This document shows positions 46,142 to 55,272 of a DNA stretch of 64,000 bases, piece after piece. Each line of letters opens with the position of its first letter. Position 1 is the first letter of the stretch. The translations under genes were made by a program, and so were the position numbers. Source of the DNA: Pedobacter sp. (GTDB taxonomy: Bacteria > Desulfobacterota > Desulfuromonadia > Desulfuromonadales > Syntrophotaleaceae); the NCBI GenBank assembly GCA_050253415.1, contig JBFWJC010000001.1, positions 480,001 to 544,000 of the forward strand. The letters run 5' to 3'. The notes under the pieces were generated by a model. The model was not told the origin of the DNA and searched no databases. It worked only from the letters and a program-made list of their open reading frames with translations.

Positions 46142-46858
46142 ATGACAACAATTGCTTTTGACGTTTACGGAACACTGATTGACACGAGTGGGGTGCTTGA
46201 CGCCTTAGGAAATTTGGTTGGAGAAAAAGCTAGCGCCTTTTCAGATATCTGGCGCAACAAACAGCTGGAGTATTCCTTTCGTCGAGGGCTGATGCAGAAC
46301 TACCAACCCTTTTCCGTATGCACACATCAGGCCCTCAATTATACCTGCGCCTTTTTGGGAACAAACTTGGGACTGGCGCAGAAAAAAGAGCTGATGGATG
46401 TCTACCGGGTTCTTCCGGCATTTCCCGACGTTCCCAAAGGTCTGGCGCAATTGCAGAATGGCGGTTTTCGTTTGTTTGCTTTTTCGAATGGAGAGCCAGA
46501 AGCTCTTGAAGCGCTTCTGACCCACGCGGGAATTCGCGACTTGTTCCTAGGTGTCATAAGCGTAGATCCCATACGATCCTTCAAGCCTAACCCTGCGGCA
46601 TACAGTTATTTTTTCCGACAAACCTACTCAAGTGAAAATGCCGTGTGGTTGGTTTCGAGCAACCCATTTGATGTGATCGGCGCAATTTCGGCGGGGATGA
46701 ATGCAGCTTGGATTCGCCGCTCCCCAAGCGCCGTATTCGACCCGTGGGGGATCGAGCCTACGCTGACCGTAAGTGACCTGAATCAACTGAGCCCAAAGAT
46801 CCTTCAAGAAGTGGATCACCTCAAAGGTAGAGGTGATCCCGATCTAGCATGTCAATGA
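46142..46858 (+). CDS. Haloacid dehalogenase type II (HAD)
   Basis: AFDVYGTL, WRNKQLEYS, FSNG, FKPNP..Y, VSSNPFDVIGA; AGGAG RBS before ATG 46142. Confidence 0.9.
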   Translation: MTTIAFDVYGTLIDTSGVLDALGNLVGEKASAFSDIWRNKQLEYSFRRGLMQNYQPFSVCTHQALNYTCAFLGTNLGLAQKKELMDVYRVLPAFPDVPKGLAQLQNGGFRLFAFSNGEPEALEALLTHAGIRDLFLGVISVDPIRSFKPNPAAYSYFFRQTYSSENAVWLVSSNPFDVIGAISAGMNAAWIRRSPSAVFDPWGIEPTLTVSDLNQLSPKILQEVDHLKGRGDPDLACQ

Positions 46859-46930
46859 GGCTTACGAAAGATTGATTAAATCGGATGTGAAGTATCGCTT
46901 CTCAATCGATATGGCGTCACTCAAGCAAGA
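46827..46930 (+). pseudogene. C-terminal remnant of NADP-dependent Zn alcohol dehydrogenase (YahK/AdhC-like)
   Basis: Frame from 46827 reads VEVIPI*HVNEAYERLIKSDVKYRFSIDMASLKQ, with an in-frame TAG at 46845. Confidence 0.75.
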
Positions 46931-47190
46931 CAAGTATTTTCCACCCAGTGGCCGTAACAATAGGGTTCAGGGAGGCTTGCAAGCCTCGAACAAACTCAAT
47001 ATTCACGAACTATAAAACGCGAAAGCCCCGATCTTCAGATCGGGAGCTTTTTCCTGGATTGCAGGAATTGCAGGGCCAATACACATGGAGCTGTTTGTGA
47101 ACTACAAAAAATCGAAACACAAAATTCAGGACACCCTCCACCGCTCTCAATCTATTTATCAAATCCGTTTTTGGAAGGAAGGAGTAAGGA

Positions 47191-48078
47191 ATGGAATCTA
47201 CCCACACTAAAACCATTGTTGTCACCGGTGCAAGTCGTGGCATTGGAGAGTTAACCGTAAAATCTCTTGCGAAAGGCGGGCATAAGGTCTTCGCTACGAT
47301 GCGAGATATTGCCGGTCGCAATGCTGAGACAGCCCGTATTCTTCAGGAATGGGCAAACCAAAATGAGTTGTCTATTTCTGTTATTGAGCTGGATGTAACG
47401 TCACGTGAGAGCATTATCAATGCAATCGATACAATCGAATATCAGGGTCCAATAGATGTACTTGTAAACAATGCTGGCATTATGCCTGCCGGTATCACTG
47501 AAGCCTTCTCGATCGATCAGGTAAAAGCAACATTCGACGTCAATATGTTTGGATTGGCAGAGGTCAGTCAGGCTGTGCTGCCCGGAATGAGAAAACGCCG
47601 GCAGGGGCTGATCATTCATATCAGCTCCGCAGCAGGACGTCTCGCCATCCCCTATTTTGGCGTCTATTGTGCTTCGAAGTGGGCGATGGAAGCCTACGCC
47701 GAATGTCTGAACTATGAACTCGTGCCCTTTAATATCCAGTCTATATTGGTCGAGCCTAGCGGGCACGCCACTGATCTGGTGAATAGTGCCCCTGCCCCTG
47801 AATTGAGCGCCGTTCTTGAGGAATATGGGCCGCACTCAAAGGGCCGCGAAAAATTACTAGGAATGTTTTTGGATCTGTTTGCACAAAAACAGGCAGCCAA
47901 TGATGCTCAGAATGTGGCTGATAAAATTGTCGAGCTTGTTGAAAAAAAGGGTCAACTACCCCTTCGCACACAGGTTGGAGATGATATGGGAGTTTCGGCA
48001 ATCAATCACGCGACTGCGCCGATTCAGGATAAATTGATCGATCAGCTTTCTCCAATATACGCGGCCCAGTCACAGTGA
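47191..48078 (+). CDS. Short-chain dehydrogenase/reductase
   Basis: TGASRGIG, LDVT, LVNNAG, YCASK, VEPS. Confidence 0.92.
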   Translation: MESTHTKTIVVTGASRGIGELTVKSLAKGGHKVFATMRDIAGRNAETARILQEWANQNELSISVIELDVTSRESIINAIDTIEYQGPIDVLVNNAGIMPAGITEAFSIDQVKATFDVNMFGLAEVSQAVLPGMRKRRQGLIIHISSAAGRLAIPYFGVYCASKWAMEAYAECLNYELVPFNIQSILVEPSGHATDLVNSAPAPELSAVLEEYGPHSKGREKLLGMFLDLFAQKQAANDAQNVADKIVELVEKKGQLPLRTQVGDDMGVSAINHATAPIQDKLIDQLSPIYAAQSQ

Positions 48079-48342
48079 TAGTCATGACATTTTTGGTGTT
48101 TACTTGGGAACTTGTCAGCCACGCCGCTGAAGTGTCAGGGCAATTATACAATTACAGGTGGTCGGGTTTCATTTAACAACGGGAGGATGGGTTTGGCCAT
48201 TAGGGCCGTCTTATATTTTGTCCCAAATTGGTTATCGGATTATCCGGGAATTATCAGTCACCAGAGAGGGGCAATGGATTCGTTCCCGGCTGCAATAAAA
48301 CTAAGCAAACCATAAAATGTAGAACCGATGACGCGCGCACAG

Positions 48343-48386
48343 AAAAGAGCCTCCCCTGAAAACAAGGGAGGCTCTTTTGTTTTTTT
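48343..48386. terminator. Bidirectional terminator
   Basis: AAAAGAGCCTCCC..GGGAGGCTCTTTT plus T-run. Confidence 0.75.
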
Positions 48387-48404
48387 GATTTCGGCCAACA
48401 TGTT

Positions 48405-48580
48405 AAAAACACCCCGGAGGAGATCCCTCCGGGGTGCTGAACTATAAAAATTGCGGCCCGATGTACAGTAGCGATTGTGAAACTGCTTTAAAGATAAGAG
48501 GCATAGAGGCTGAAGACTCTATTGTCGTAAAAGCTCACAAGGGAGGAAGCGCTACGCTACCGCTTACCGGGCCGCCAGGG
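48405..48580 (-). ncRNA. Candidate structured small RNA (long nested hairpin + terminator)
   Basis: Five nested inverted repeats in 48453-48575, followed on the minus strand by a GC hairpin and T-run; gene-free region. Confidence 0.4.
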
Positions 48581-48933
48581 AAACAATGACTTATTTGTTG
48601 TGAATGAGGTTCCTGGCTTCAAGAATAAGGTTGAATAAATGGCTCAAAGGCCAATCCAAAGCTTCTTATCCGCCAATCAATATTGGGGGATATCCAGTCC
48701 TTTTTATTTTCGCTACGCCGCCTCTTTGTCATCAGAGGCGTGATCAAGTATTTAAAAAACTATATATAGTGAATACTATATAAATATGAATTGAGCAAGT
48801 ACTTTTTCGGTTCGGGGAAAAGGCCTACCGCTAAGGCTGCTATGAAAAGGCAACGGGATTTGGCGTCAGGCGCCCAGTCATTCACTTTCGTTTGCTTCGG
48901 GGCGCCTTGTTCCTTAGGCGGGATGAGCGGAAT

Positions 48934-50946
48934 TCAGAGCTCGATACGGAATTCGAGCCCGTCACCGGTATTGCTTGCGCTGATGGAGCCCTGCAGGCGT
49001 TTTTCGATAATGATTTTAGAGATATACAGACCGATGCCGGTGCCGGTTTCCTTGGTGGTGAAATAGGACTCGAACAGCTTCTCGCGGATCGACTCCGGGA
49101 CGCCGCCGGCATTGTCCCGGACGGTGATGACCTTATTTTCCCCCTCCCGGAACAAGTGAATACGGATGCGCGGAGCGGCAATATCCTTATGAATCAAAGC
49201 TTCTTTGGCATTGTTGAGAAGGTTGAGCAGCACATGGGAAAATTCGTTGCCGTAGCCGGTTACGTACAGGCTCTGCTCGGCATCGAAAGCGGTGTCGATT
49301 CCATGGATGTCCAGGTCCGTTGCGACCAGGTCCAGAATTTTGCGGATCGACTGCTGCAGGTCAAAGGGCACCAGTCCCTGATCGGTGCGGAAAAAATCCC
49401 GGAAATCGTCGATGGTCGCGGCCATGTGCAGGAGAAGGTCATCGATCTGTGCCACCATCTGCTGGCGCTGCTCGTCGAGATGCCCGCCATCCTCTGAAAG
49501 TGCCAGGTTGTGTACAAGCAGGTTAAGTAAATTCAGCGGCTGTCGCCATTGGTGGGCGATGTAGCTGATCATCTCGCCCATGGCTGCCATGCGGCTTTGC
49601 TGTAACAGCAGTAAATCTTTTTCCCGCAATTCCTCTGTCAGCCGAACCTGCTCGGTGACGTCCTGGATGGTGCCGACCATGTACCTTGGCTGGCCGTCTT
49701 CGCCGAAAACCAGTTCTCGCTGATCATGAATCACCAATTCTTCTCCGCCGGCTTGTCGCAGGCGGTATTCCACTGCACGGGGTTGACGATCACGCAATAG
49801 ATCGACGAGTGCTGTGTGTAGCTGCTCGCGGTCTTCATTGCGGACCATCTCCAACAGTGCTTCTTCGCTGCCGGCAAAATCCCCGGCCGGTATCCCCAAT
49901 AGGCGCCAGCATTCCGCAGAGGCCGACTGCAGCCGACCGGAAAGGTCCCAAGTCCAGTTGCCGATGCGGGCGATGCGCTGGGCTTCGACCAGATTATGCT
50001 CACGCTCTCTGAGCTCGGCTTGCATCGCCTTGCGCTCGCTGATGTCGTGGAAATTGCCGGCTATAAGCGGCCGCCCCTCGTATTCAAGGTAGCTGGCCAT
50101 CACTTCTACGGGGATCAGCGCTCCCGAAGCGACCCGGTGCAGCGTCTCGAAACGGGCCTGGTCACCCTGTTTCAGTTGCTGGTGCAGGTCGGACAAACGA
50201 GCCATGTCAAATTCGGGATCCCAATCGGGAACGCGCATCTGCAAAATAGTTTTCTGATCCCAACCGAAATGGGTACAGGCTGCGGCGTTGACATAAAACA
50301 TGCGATAACCGTCGGTTGGATCGAGCACGTAAATGGGGTTGCGGGTATTTTCCACCAGGTAGCGGAAAAGGGAGGCTTCTTCTTCGGACTTTCTGCGCTG
50401 CCGTACTTCCCGATCGAGACGCAGGTTTTTCAGCCCCATCTCGGCGATCATTTCCACCAGCGAACGAAGGTAGGTCATGACGTCGCGGATATGGCTGCGG
50501 CTCAGGATCGGTACCTGCTCCAGGGCCGCCAGATATTCCTTTTCGTCGAAACCGAAGCGGGCGGCCTGATCGCGAAAGAATTCGCGGTCGGGGGTCTCAT
50601 CGGTGTAGAAGAACTGGCCGGTGAAAAAGGTCGCAAGGTGCCTTCCTTCGACGAAAATCGGCATGGCGACATCCCACAGGCCGTTCTGGCAGCGGTAGTC
50701 GACATATCCATCCGGGCAGTTATCGAGATGAGCCTTGATGTAGGCGTCACTTTCCCGGCAACGGGCGACGGTCTGGGGATGGCAGCGATGAAAGCGCGCG
50801 CAGATCTCCTGCCAACCGACGGAAGCGAGCAATCGTTCTTCGTTGTCGAGAATGGCTCCGGGCACCCCGGTCAACCGAAATTGGGTTTCCAGCAGCTGTT
50901 GCAGCTGGCTAACCGACATAATTTGTGAAAAAACAAGATCGGTCAT
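48934..50946 (-). CDS. Cytoplasmic sensor histidine kinase (PocR + PAS/PAC + HisKA + HATPase)
   Basis: PocR GWQEICARFHR..CRESD..YRCQNGLWD..GQFF; PAS repeats; IAHQWRQPLN; NLLNNAKEA, DNAGG, FTTK, GTGIGL. Confidence 0.92.
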   Translation of the reverse strand: MTDLVFSQIMSVSQLQQLLETQFRLTGVPGAILDNEERLLASVGWQEICARFHRCHPQTVARCRESDAYIKAHLDNCPDGYVDYRCQNGLWDVAMPIFVEGRHLATFFTGQFFYTDETPDREFFRDQAARFGFDEKEYLAALEQVPILSRSHIRDVMTYLRSLVEMIAEMGLKNLRLDREVRQRRKSEEEASLFRYLVENTRNPIYVLDPTDGYRMFYVNAAACTHFGWDQKTILQMRVPDWDPEFDMARLSDLHQQLKQGDQARFETLHRVASGALIPVEVMASYLEYEGRPLIAGNFHDISERKAMQAELREREHNLVEAQRIARIGNWTWDLSGRLQSASAECWRLLGIPAGDFAGSEEALLEMVRNEDREQLHTALVDLLRDRQPRAVEYRLRQAGGEELVIHDQRELVFGEDGQPRYMVGTIQDVTEQVRLTEELREKDLLLLQQSRMAAMGEMISYIAHQWRQPLNLLNLLVHNLALSEDGGHLDEQRQQMVAQIDDLLLHMAATIDDFRDFFRTDQGLVPFDLQQSIRKILDLVATDLDIHGIDTAFDAEQSLYVTGYGNEFSHVLLNLLNNAKEALIHKDIAAPRIRIHLFREGENKVITVRDNAGGVPESIREKLFESYFTTKETGTGIGLYISKIIIEKRLQGSISASNTGDGLEFRIEL

Positions 50947-51404
50947 CGTTTCCTTCCGGCCGTTCAACATAGGGGGGGGACGTGATGAGAAGAATTTTTT
51001 CCCGTTTCTCCAGGTTTTTCCGGGAAAAGGCAAAGGGTGGGACTTGCCGGCAAGGTGCGGTAAACTTTTGCAGCATGTGTTTATATTTTACCCAAGTATC
51101 TTGCTCGGGAAACAGTATGTTTAGCAACTTGCATCGGAATCTATCTTCCCGGGGGGAGATCCATTCATATTCCATGCCTACGGTCAGGCAGGGGCCCCGG
51201 AAAATTACGAGGATGTCGTACTTCGGGGTGAGTGGTCGCGGAGAAGGGTGTTGAATGATAATTCTGCGAAGGGCGGTCGCAATGATGCCGCATTTTTTAT
51301 AAAATGAAATGAGACAAAAACTTCCAGCGGATGGCAACCGGGCGCGATCAGGCTGCTTTGTATGGAACCCATAAAACCCGGGACGGGTTGAGAGGAATAG
51401 ACGA

Positions 51405-51866
51405 ATGACTCCAAAATTACCGGAAACACCCGCAGATCGCAGCGATCGATTTAACCTTGCGCGATTCGTCTCGGCTCAGGAGAGTTCGTATGACGTTGCC
51501 TTGTCGGAGGTGACCGGGGGGAGCAAGTATTCTCACTGGATGTGGTTCATTTTTCCGCAACTGCGTGGTCTGGGGCGGAGTTCAACGGCGCAGTTTTACG
51601 GCATCACCGGTCTCGAAGAAGCCCGTGCCTACCTTTCCCACGAGATCCTGGGGCCGCGATTGATCGCCGTATGCGAGGCCGCGCTGGCCGTTGAAGATCG
51701 TTCGGCGACCGAAATATTCGGTACGCCCGATGATATGAAGCTGTGTTCGTGCGCCACGCTGTTTGCCCGGGCCTCAAATCAGGGTTCCGTCTTCCATAAG
51801 ATTCTCGATAAATACTTCGGCGGAAAACCCGACCCGCGTACCCTCGAGTTGCTTGCCGAAAGTTGA
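51405..51866 (+). CDS. DUF1810 family protein
   Basis: LARFVSAQ, KYSHWMWFIFPQLRGLG, EARAYL.H..LGPRL, IFGTPDDMKL.SCATLF. Confidence 0.88.
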   Translation: MTPKLPETPADRSDRFNLARFVSAQESSYDVALSEVTGGSKYSHWMWFIFPQLRGLGRSSTAQFYGITGLEEARAYLSHEILGPRLIAVCEAALAVEDRSATEIFGTPDDMKLCSCATLFARASNQGSVFHKILDKYFGGKPDPRTLELLAES

Positions 51867-52261
51867 GCCGGGTCCGGGCTGGCCTTACGCATGAGCAGGG
51901 AAGGGCAAGAGGGTAATGGTTTGCTTCGGAGGGTGTTTCATCCGGAGACAAGCCGGGGACGCTAGCCCGCAATCGTGCCTGTCGCTCTTTTACCTTTGGA
52001 GGGGGAATTTCCGAGCGGCAGATTTTTGGATGAGTTATAAATAGGGACATTCAACGTTGCCGGTATATGTGCCCTGTAGCCGGCACTGTTTTTTATGCTA
52101 ATGTTGCAGACCTTGAAAGGTGGTGTCATTCCGCCGTAATGATTTGATCCCGGGGAAATGCATAAGATGTCCTTGGTATATGAATTTCGGAGGTTTCTTA
52201 ATCATCGGGGAAGACAGGCAGCACCCTCATTATTCGATCCAACAATCCTGCAGGAGACTCC

Positions 52262-53008
52262 ATGCTGGTCGACGCCCACGCCCACATCGATTGGTACACC
52301 GACGCTTTAAACGAAGCACTCGAGCAAATAGAGCGGCATCGCATTGTGACCATGGCTGTTGCCATGGATGTGCCGGCCTATCTGAAAACCAAGGAAATCG
52401 CAAAATCCTGCTCCTATATCATCCCGACCTTCGGCATCCATCCCTGGGAAGCGGCGCGTTATACGGACAGATTGTCTGAACTGGACGACTACCTGCGGGA
52501 AACCCCGGTAATTGGTGAAGCGGGGCTCGATTTTCGTTATGTAAAGGATGAAAGCCTTTATCCTGGGCAGGTGACGGTTTTTGAGTATCAATGCGCCTGG
52601 GCCCAGCGGCTGTCAAAGCCGATGAACCTGCACACGCGGGGCGCCGAGGTGGAGGTTCTGGAGATGTTGCGGCGCTACCAGATCGTCACGCCGATTATCC
52701 ACTGGTATGGCGGGCCGGTAGAGCTGATCGAGGCGTATCTGGCGGAGGGCGGCTACTTCACGGTCGGCGTCGATGTGCTGAATCCGCGCATAGCGCACAA
52801 TATCGCCGAGGTCCTGCCGCTGGATCGCATCCTGCTGGAGACGGACAATCCCGAGGGCTACCTCTGGCAGGCCAAGGAGATCGGCATGCCCGATCTGTTG
52901 CTGAAAATCATGCAGAAGCTGGCCGAGATCAAGCAGATGAGCGTCGCCGAACTTGAAGGCAAACTGTGGCAGAACTGGCAGGAGTTTGGCCGCAGCATCA
53001 AACAGTAG
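52262..53008 (+). CDS. TatD family hydrolase/DNase
   Basis: DAHAH, GIHPW, IGEAGLD, LHTR, IHWY, LLETDNP. Confidence 0.9.
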   Translation: MLVDAHAHIDWYTDALNEALEQIERHRIVTMAVAMDVPAYLKTKEIAKSCSYIIPTFGIHPWEAARYTDRLSELDDYLRETPVIGEAGLDFRYVKDESLYPGQVTVFEYQCAWAQRLSKPMNLHTRGAEVEVLEMLRRYQIVTPIIHWYGGPVELIEAYLAEGGYFTVGVDVLNPRIAHNIAEVLPLDRILLETDNPEGYLWQAKEIGMPDLLLKIMQKLAEIKQMSVAELEGKLWQNWQEFGRSIKQ

Positions 53009-53323
53009 TCCTGAAAACCTTAGGTTCCTTATTGCATCAAGAATTGCAAGCAACATACATGGGACACCCTTATCTGTGGCATGCCCCACCATTCCGAGTT
53101 TTTCTTCCGGGATCCTTTACACCCATTATTTACAGCTTTTGCACGAATATCCGGGTTTGGGCAGGCTTGTGAGCTAATAAACGGGACAGTCCTCCGGTGG
53201 TCTGTGTTTTGCACAGGGTGGAGTCGGCGTTTCGATTTTTTTCTCGTCCGTCAATCTCCCAGGCTGGGCAGGCTTACAGCCCGGATATTTGGTTTTTCCA
53301 GGGATGATTGTCTTTAGCGACTT

Positions 53324-54586
53324 TTGGAGCAGTTAGGTGTGAAAAAGGATAGGGCTTACAATTTTTGGACTTTGAGGTTCTTCGATAAGGCTCTGGAAGA
53401 GGCTTACCGCGAAGACGATTTTTTCAAAAGTCTGAAAAAATTTCGCAGTACTTGTCTTGAAACCGCTTTTCTTTATGCCATCTTCGGGATTCTCGACGGG
53501 GTCATTCTCCCTGACCAAAAGGAAATTTGCTGGATCATACGCTTCTGTTTCGTCTGCCCGTTGCTCATCGGGTCGTATTTTTTCTCGTTTTCGAAGCAGT
53601 ATCGAAAGTTCAAGGTGGCGAATACCCTTTTGGTCGGGTCGTTTATCAGCGTAGGTATTATCGCGATGATTTCGATTGCCCCGTCGCCCGGTGATTATCT
53701 TTATTATGCCGGCCTGCTTTTGTGTTCGATGTTTTTCTATGGACGGATTCCCGACCATATTATTTCCAACTGTCTATCCTGGGGCACTTTCGGTCTTTAT
53801 CTGATCGCCGCCGTACTGTTTACCGATACCCCGACAAAAGTCCTTTTCAGCAATACGTTTATCTATTTTTTCTTCAATATCGCAGGAATGTTTGTCTGTT
53901 ACTCCCTCGAATTATCCAGGCGCCTGGATTACCTGCAGCGGCTTACCATCGAACGGCAAGCCGGGCAGCTGGAGCGAGCCTTGCGGGAAAAGGAGCAGGA
54001 GCGGCAGCGGGCCGAAGAGCTTTCGCTCCAGGATCCCTTGACCGGTCTGGCCAATCGGCGTCATTTTTTTTATGTCGCGGACAAAGCGTATGAACGTAAG
54101 CTCCGTTACCGGCATAGCCTGTCCATCATGCTGTTGGACATCGACCATTTTAAAGGCGTCAACGACACCTTCGGCCATGGCGTCGGCGACCAGGTATTGC
54201 AGAAGGTAGCGGTCATTATCGCCGGTTCTATCCGCAAATCCGATCTGGCCTGTCGCTATGGCGGCGAAGAGTTCGCCGTATTGTTGCCGGATACGGATGT
54301 CCATACGGCCCGGCAACTTGGGCATCGGTTGCTACGAAGTATCGAACAGACGACCATCACCCTTGAAAGTGGACAGGTATTCATTTCGGCCAGCATGGGG
54401 ATAGCCGGTCTCACCGAGAGGGAATCTGCGCCACCATCTGTTCTGCTTGAACGTGCGGATCAGGTACTCTATCAGGCAAAAAATGCCGGGCGAAACCAAC
54501 TGCGGCTATGGGAACGGCTACCCGATGAGGCTGACCCGTTCAGGGCGCAGGGCCCGGTTGATGTTGTCGGGACTCCCGGAAGATAA
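53324..54586 (+). CDS. Membrane-bound diguanylate cyclase
   Basis: About 6 TM segments, coiled coil, DPLTGLANRR, DIDHFKGVND, RKSD (I-site) + RYGGEEF, AKNAGRN. Confidence 0.92.
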   Translation: MEQLGVKKDRAYNFWTLRFFDKALEEAYREDDFFKSLKKFRSTCLETAFLYAIFGILDGVILPDQKEICWIIRFCFVCPLLIGSYFFSFSKQYRKFKVANTLLVGSFISVGIIAMISIAPSPGDYLYYAGLLLCSMFFYGRIPDHIISNCLSWGTFGLYLIAAVLFTDTPTKVLFSNTFIYFFFNIAGMFVCYSLELSRRLDYLQRLTIERQAGQLERALREKEQERQRAEELSLQDPLTGLANRRHFFYVADKAYERKLRYRHSLSIMLLDIDHFKGVNDTFGHGVGDQVLQKVAVIIAGSIRKSDLACRYGGEEFAVLLPDTDVHTARQLGHRLLRSIEQTTITLESGQVFISASMGIAGLTERESAPPSVLLERADQVLYQAKNAGRNQLRLWERLPDEADPFRAQGPVDVVGTPGR

Positions 54587-54604
54587 CCGAACGGCACGGA
54601 GCAT

Positions 54605-54660
54605 AAAAAGGGGGCGCATCACCATATTTCATTGGGTAGTAAGTGGTGATGCGCCCCTTC
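54605..54660. repeat. Inverted repeat between convergent genes
   Basis: AAGGGGGCGCATCACCA..TGGTGATGCGCCCCTT. Confidence 0.7.
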
Positions 54661-54666
54661 TGCACC

Positions 54667-54957
54667 TTACTCCAGTCTGAACCCGTCGCCAGCGTACTGG
54701 ATATTGGCGGCATCGAAGGCGCGCGGCGGGGAGACCGCGTGGACGCCGCCGCATGTAGGGCAACTGCCTACATGGGTGACCAATACAAAGGGCGCGCTAC
54801 ACCCTTGGCAAAAGGTGGCCAGACCGCCGTCGGGAATCGGTCGATTTCGCACGGCGCCGCCATGAGCTTGTGCCACAAATTCTACCAGTTCCCGCCCTTC
54901 GGCAAACGGACCGCCAGCTCCATGCCCCTGTGCGCAGCTTCCTCCACATCCTGCCAT
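54667..54957 (-). CDS. Small Cys-rich (zinc-ribbon-like) hypothetical protein
   Basis: AAAGGAG RBS; CQGC and CPTC pairs, N-terminal GCGGSC. Confidence 0.75.
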   Translation of the reverse strand: MAGCGGSCAQGHGAGGPFAEGRELVEFVAQAHGGAVRNRPIPDGGLATFCQGCSAPFVLVTHVGSCPTCGGVHAVSPPRAFDAANIQYAGDGFRLE

Positions 54958-55272
54958 ATCGTATGCTCCTTTAAATGAGTGGTTGTGTTTTGTTTTGTTG
55001 CGACAACCCTATCAAGCCTCTCCGGGAAAATCCCTGATCGAAATCAAGAAAATGCAGATTGAAACCGGGATGGACCTCCCAGAAGGCCTGGGGGCGGATA
55101 GTCACACTGTCTCGATGGAACCTTTAAGCAAGCTGCCCGGTGAGACAAGTTGTTGCAAAACTTGCTAAATTACGCTGCAATGTCTTAGGATGTTGTCTGC
55201 GCCATCGCCATAGCTGGCAACGACGCCTATGCCGGATCATCCCCATTCGTACCGTTGAAGGAACTGTTTGCA

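Noticed and set aside
44660..47000. Additional attC sites at 44662 (ATTTAAC) and 46952 (CCGTAAC)
   Set aside because: Only R''-like halves; no matching L'/R' boxes found.
48450..48580. Retron msr-msd or SRP RNA
   Set aside because: No reverse transcriptase in the window; the SRP domain IV consensus is not present.
55190..55235. Fluoride riboswitch-like GGCGATGG on the minus strand
   Set aside because: Following bases do not give the GTTCGCC pairing, and no crcB/eriC gene is adjacent.
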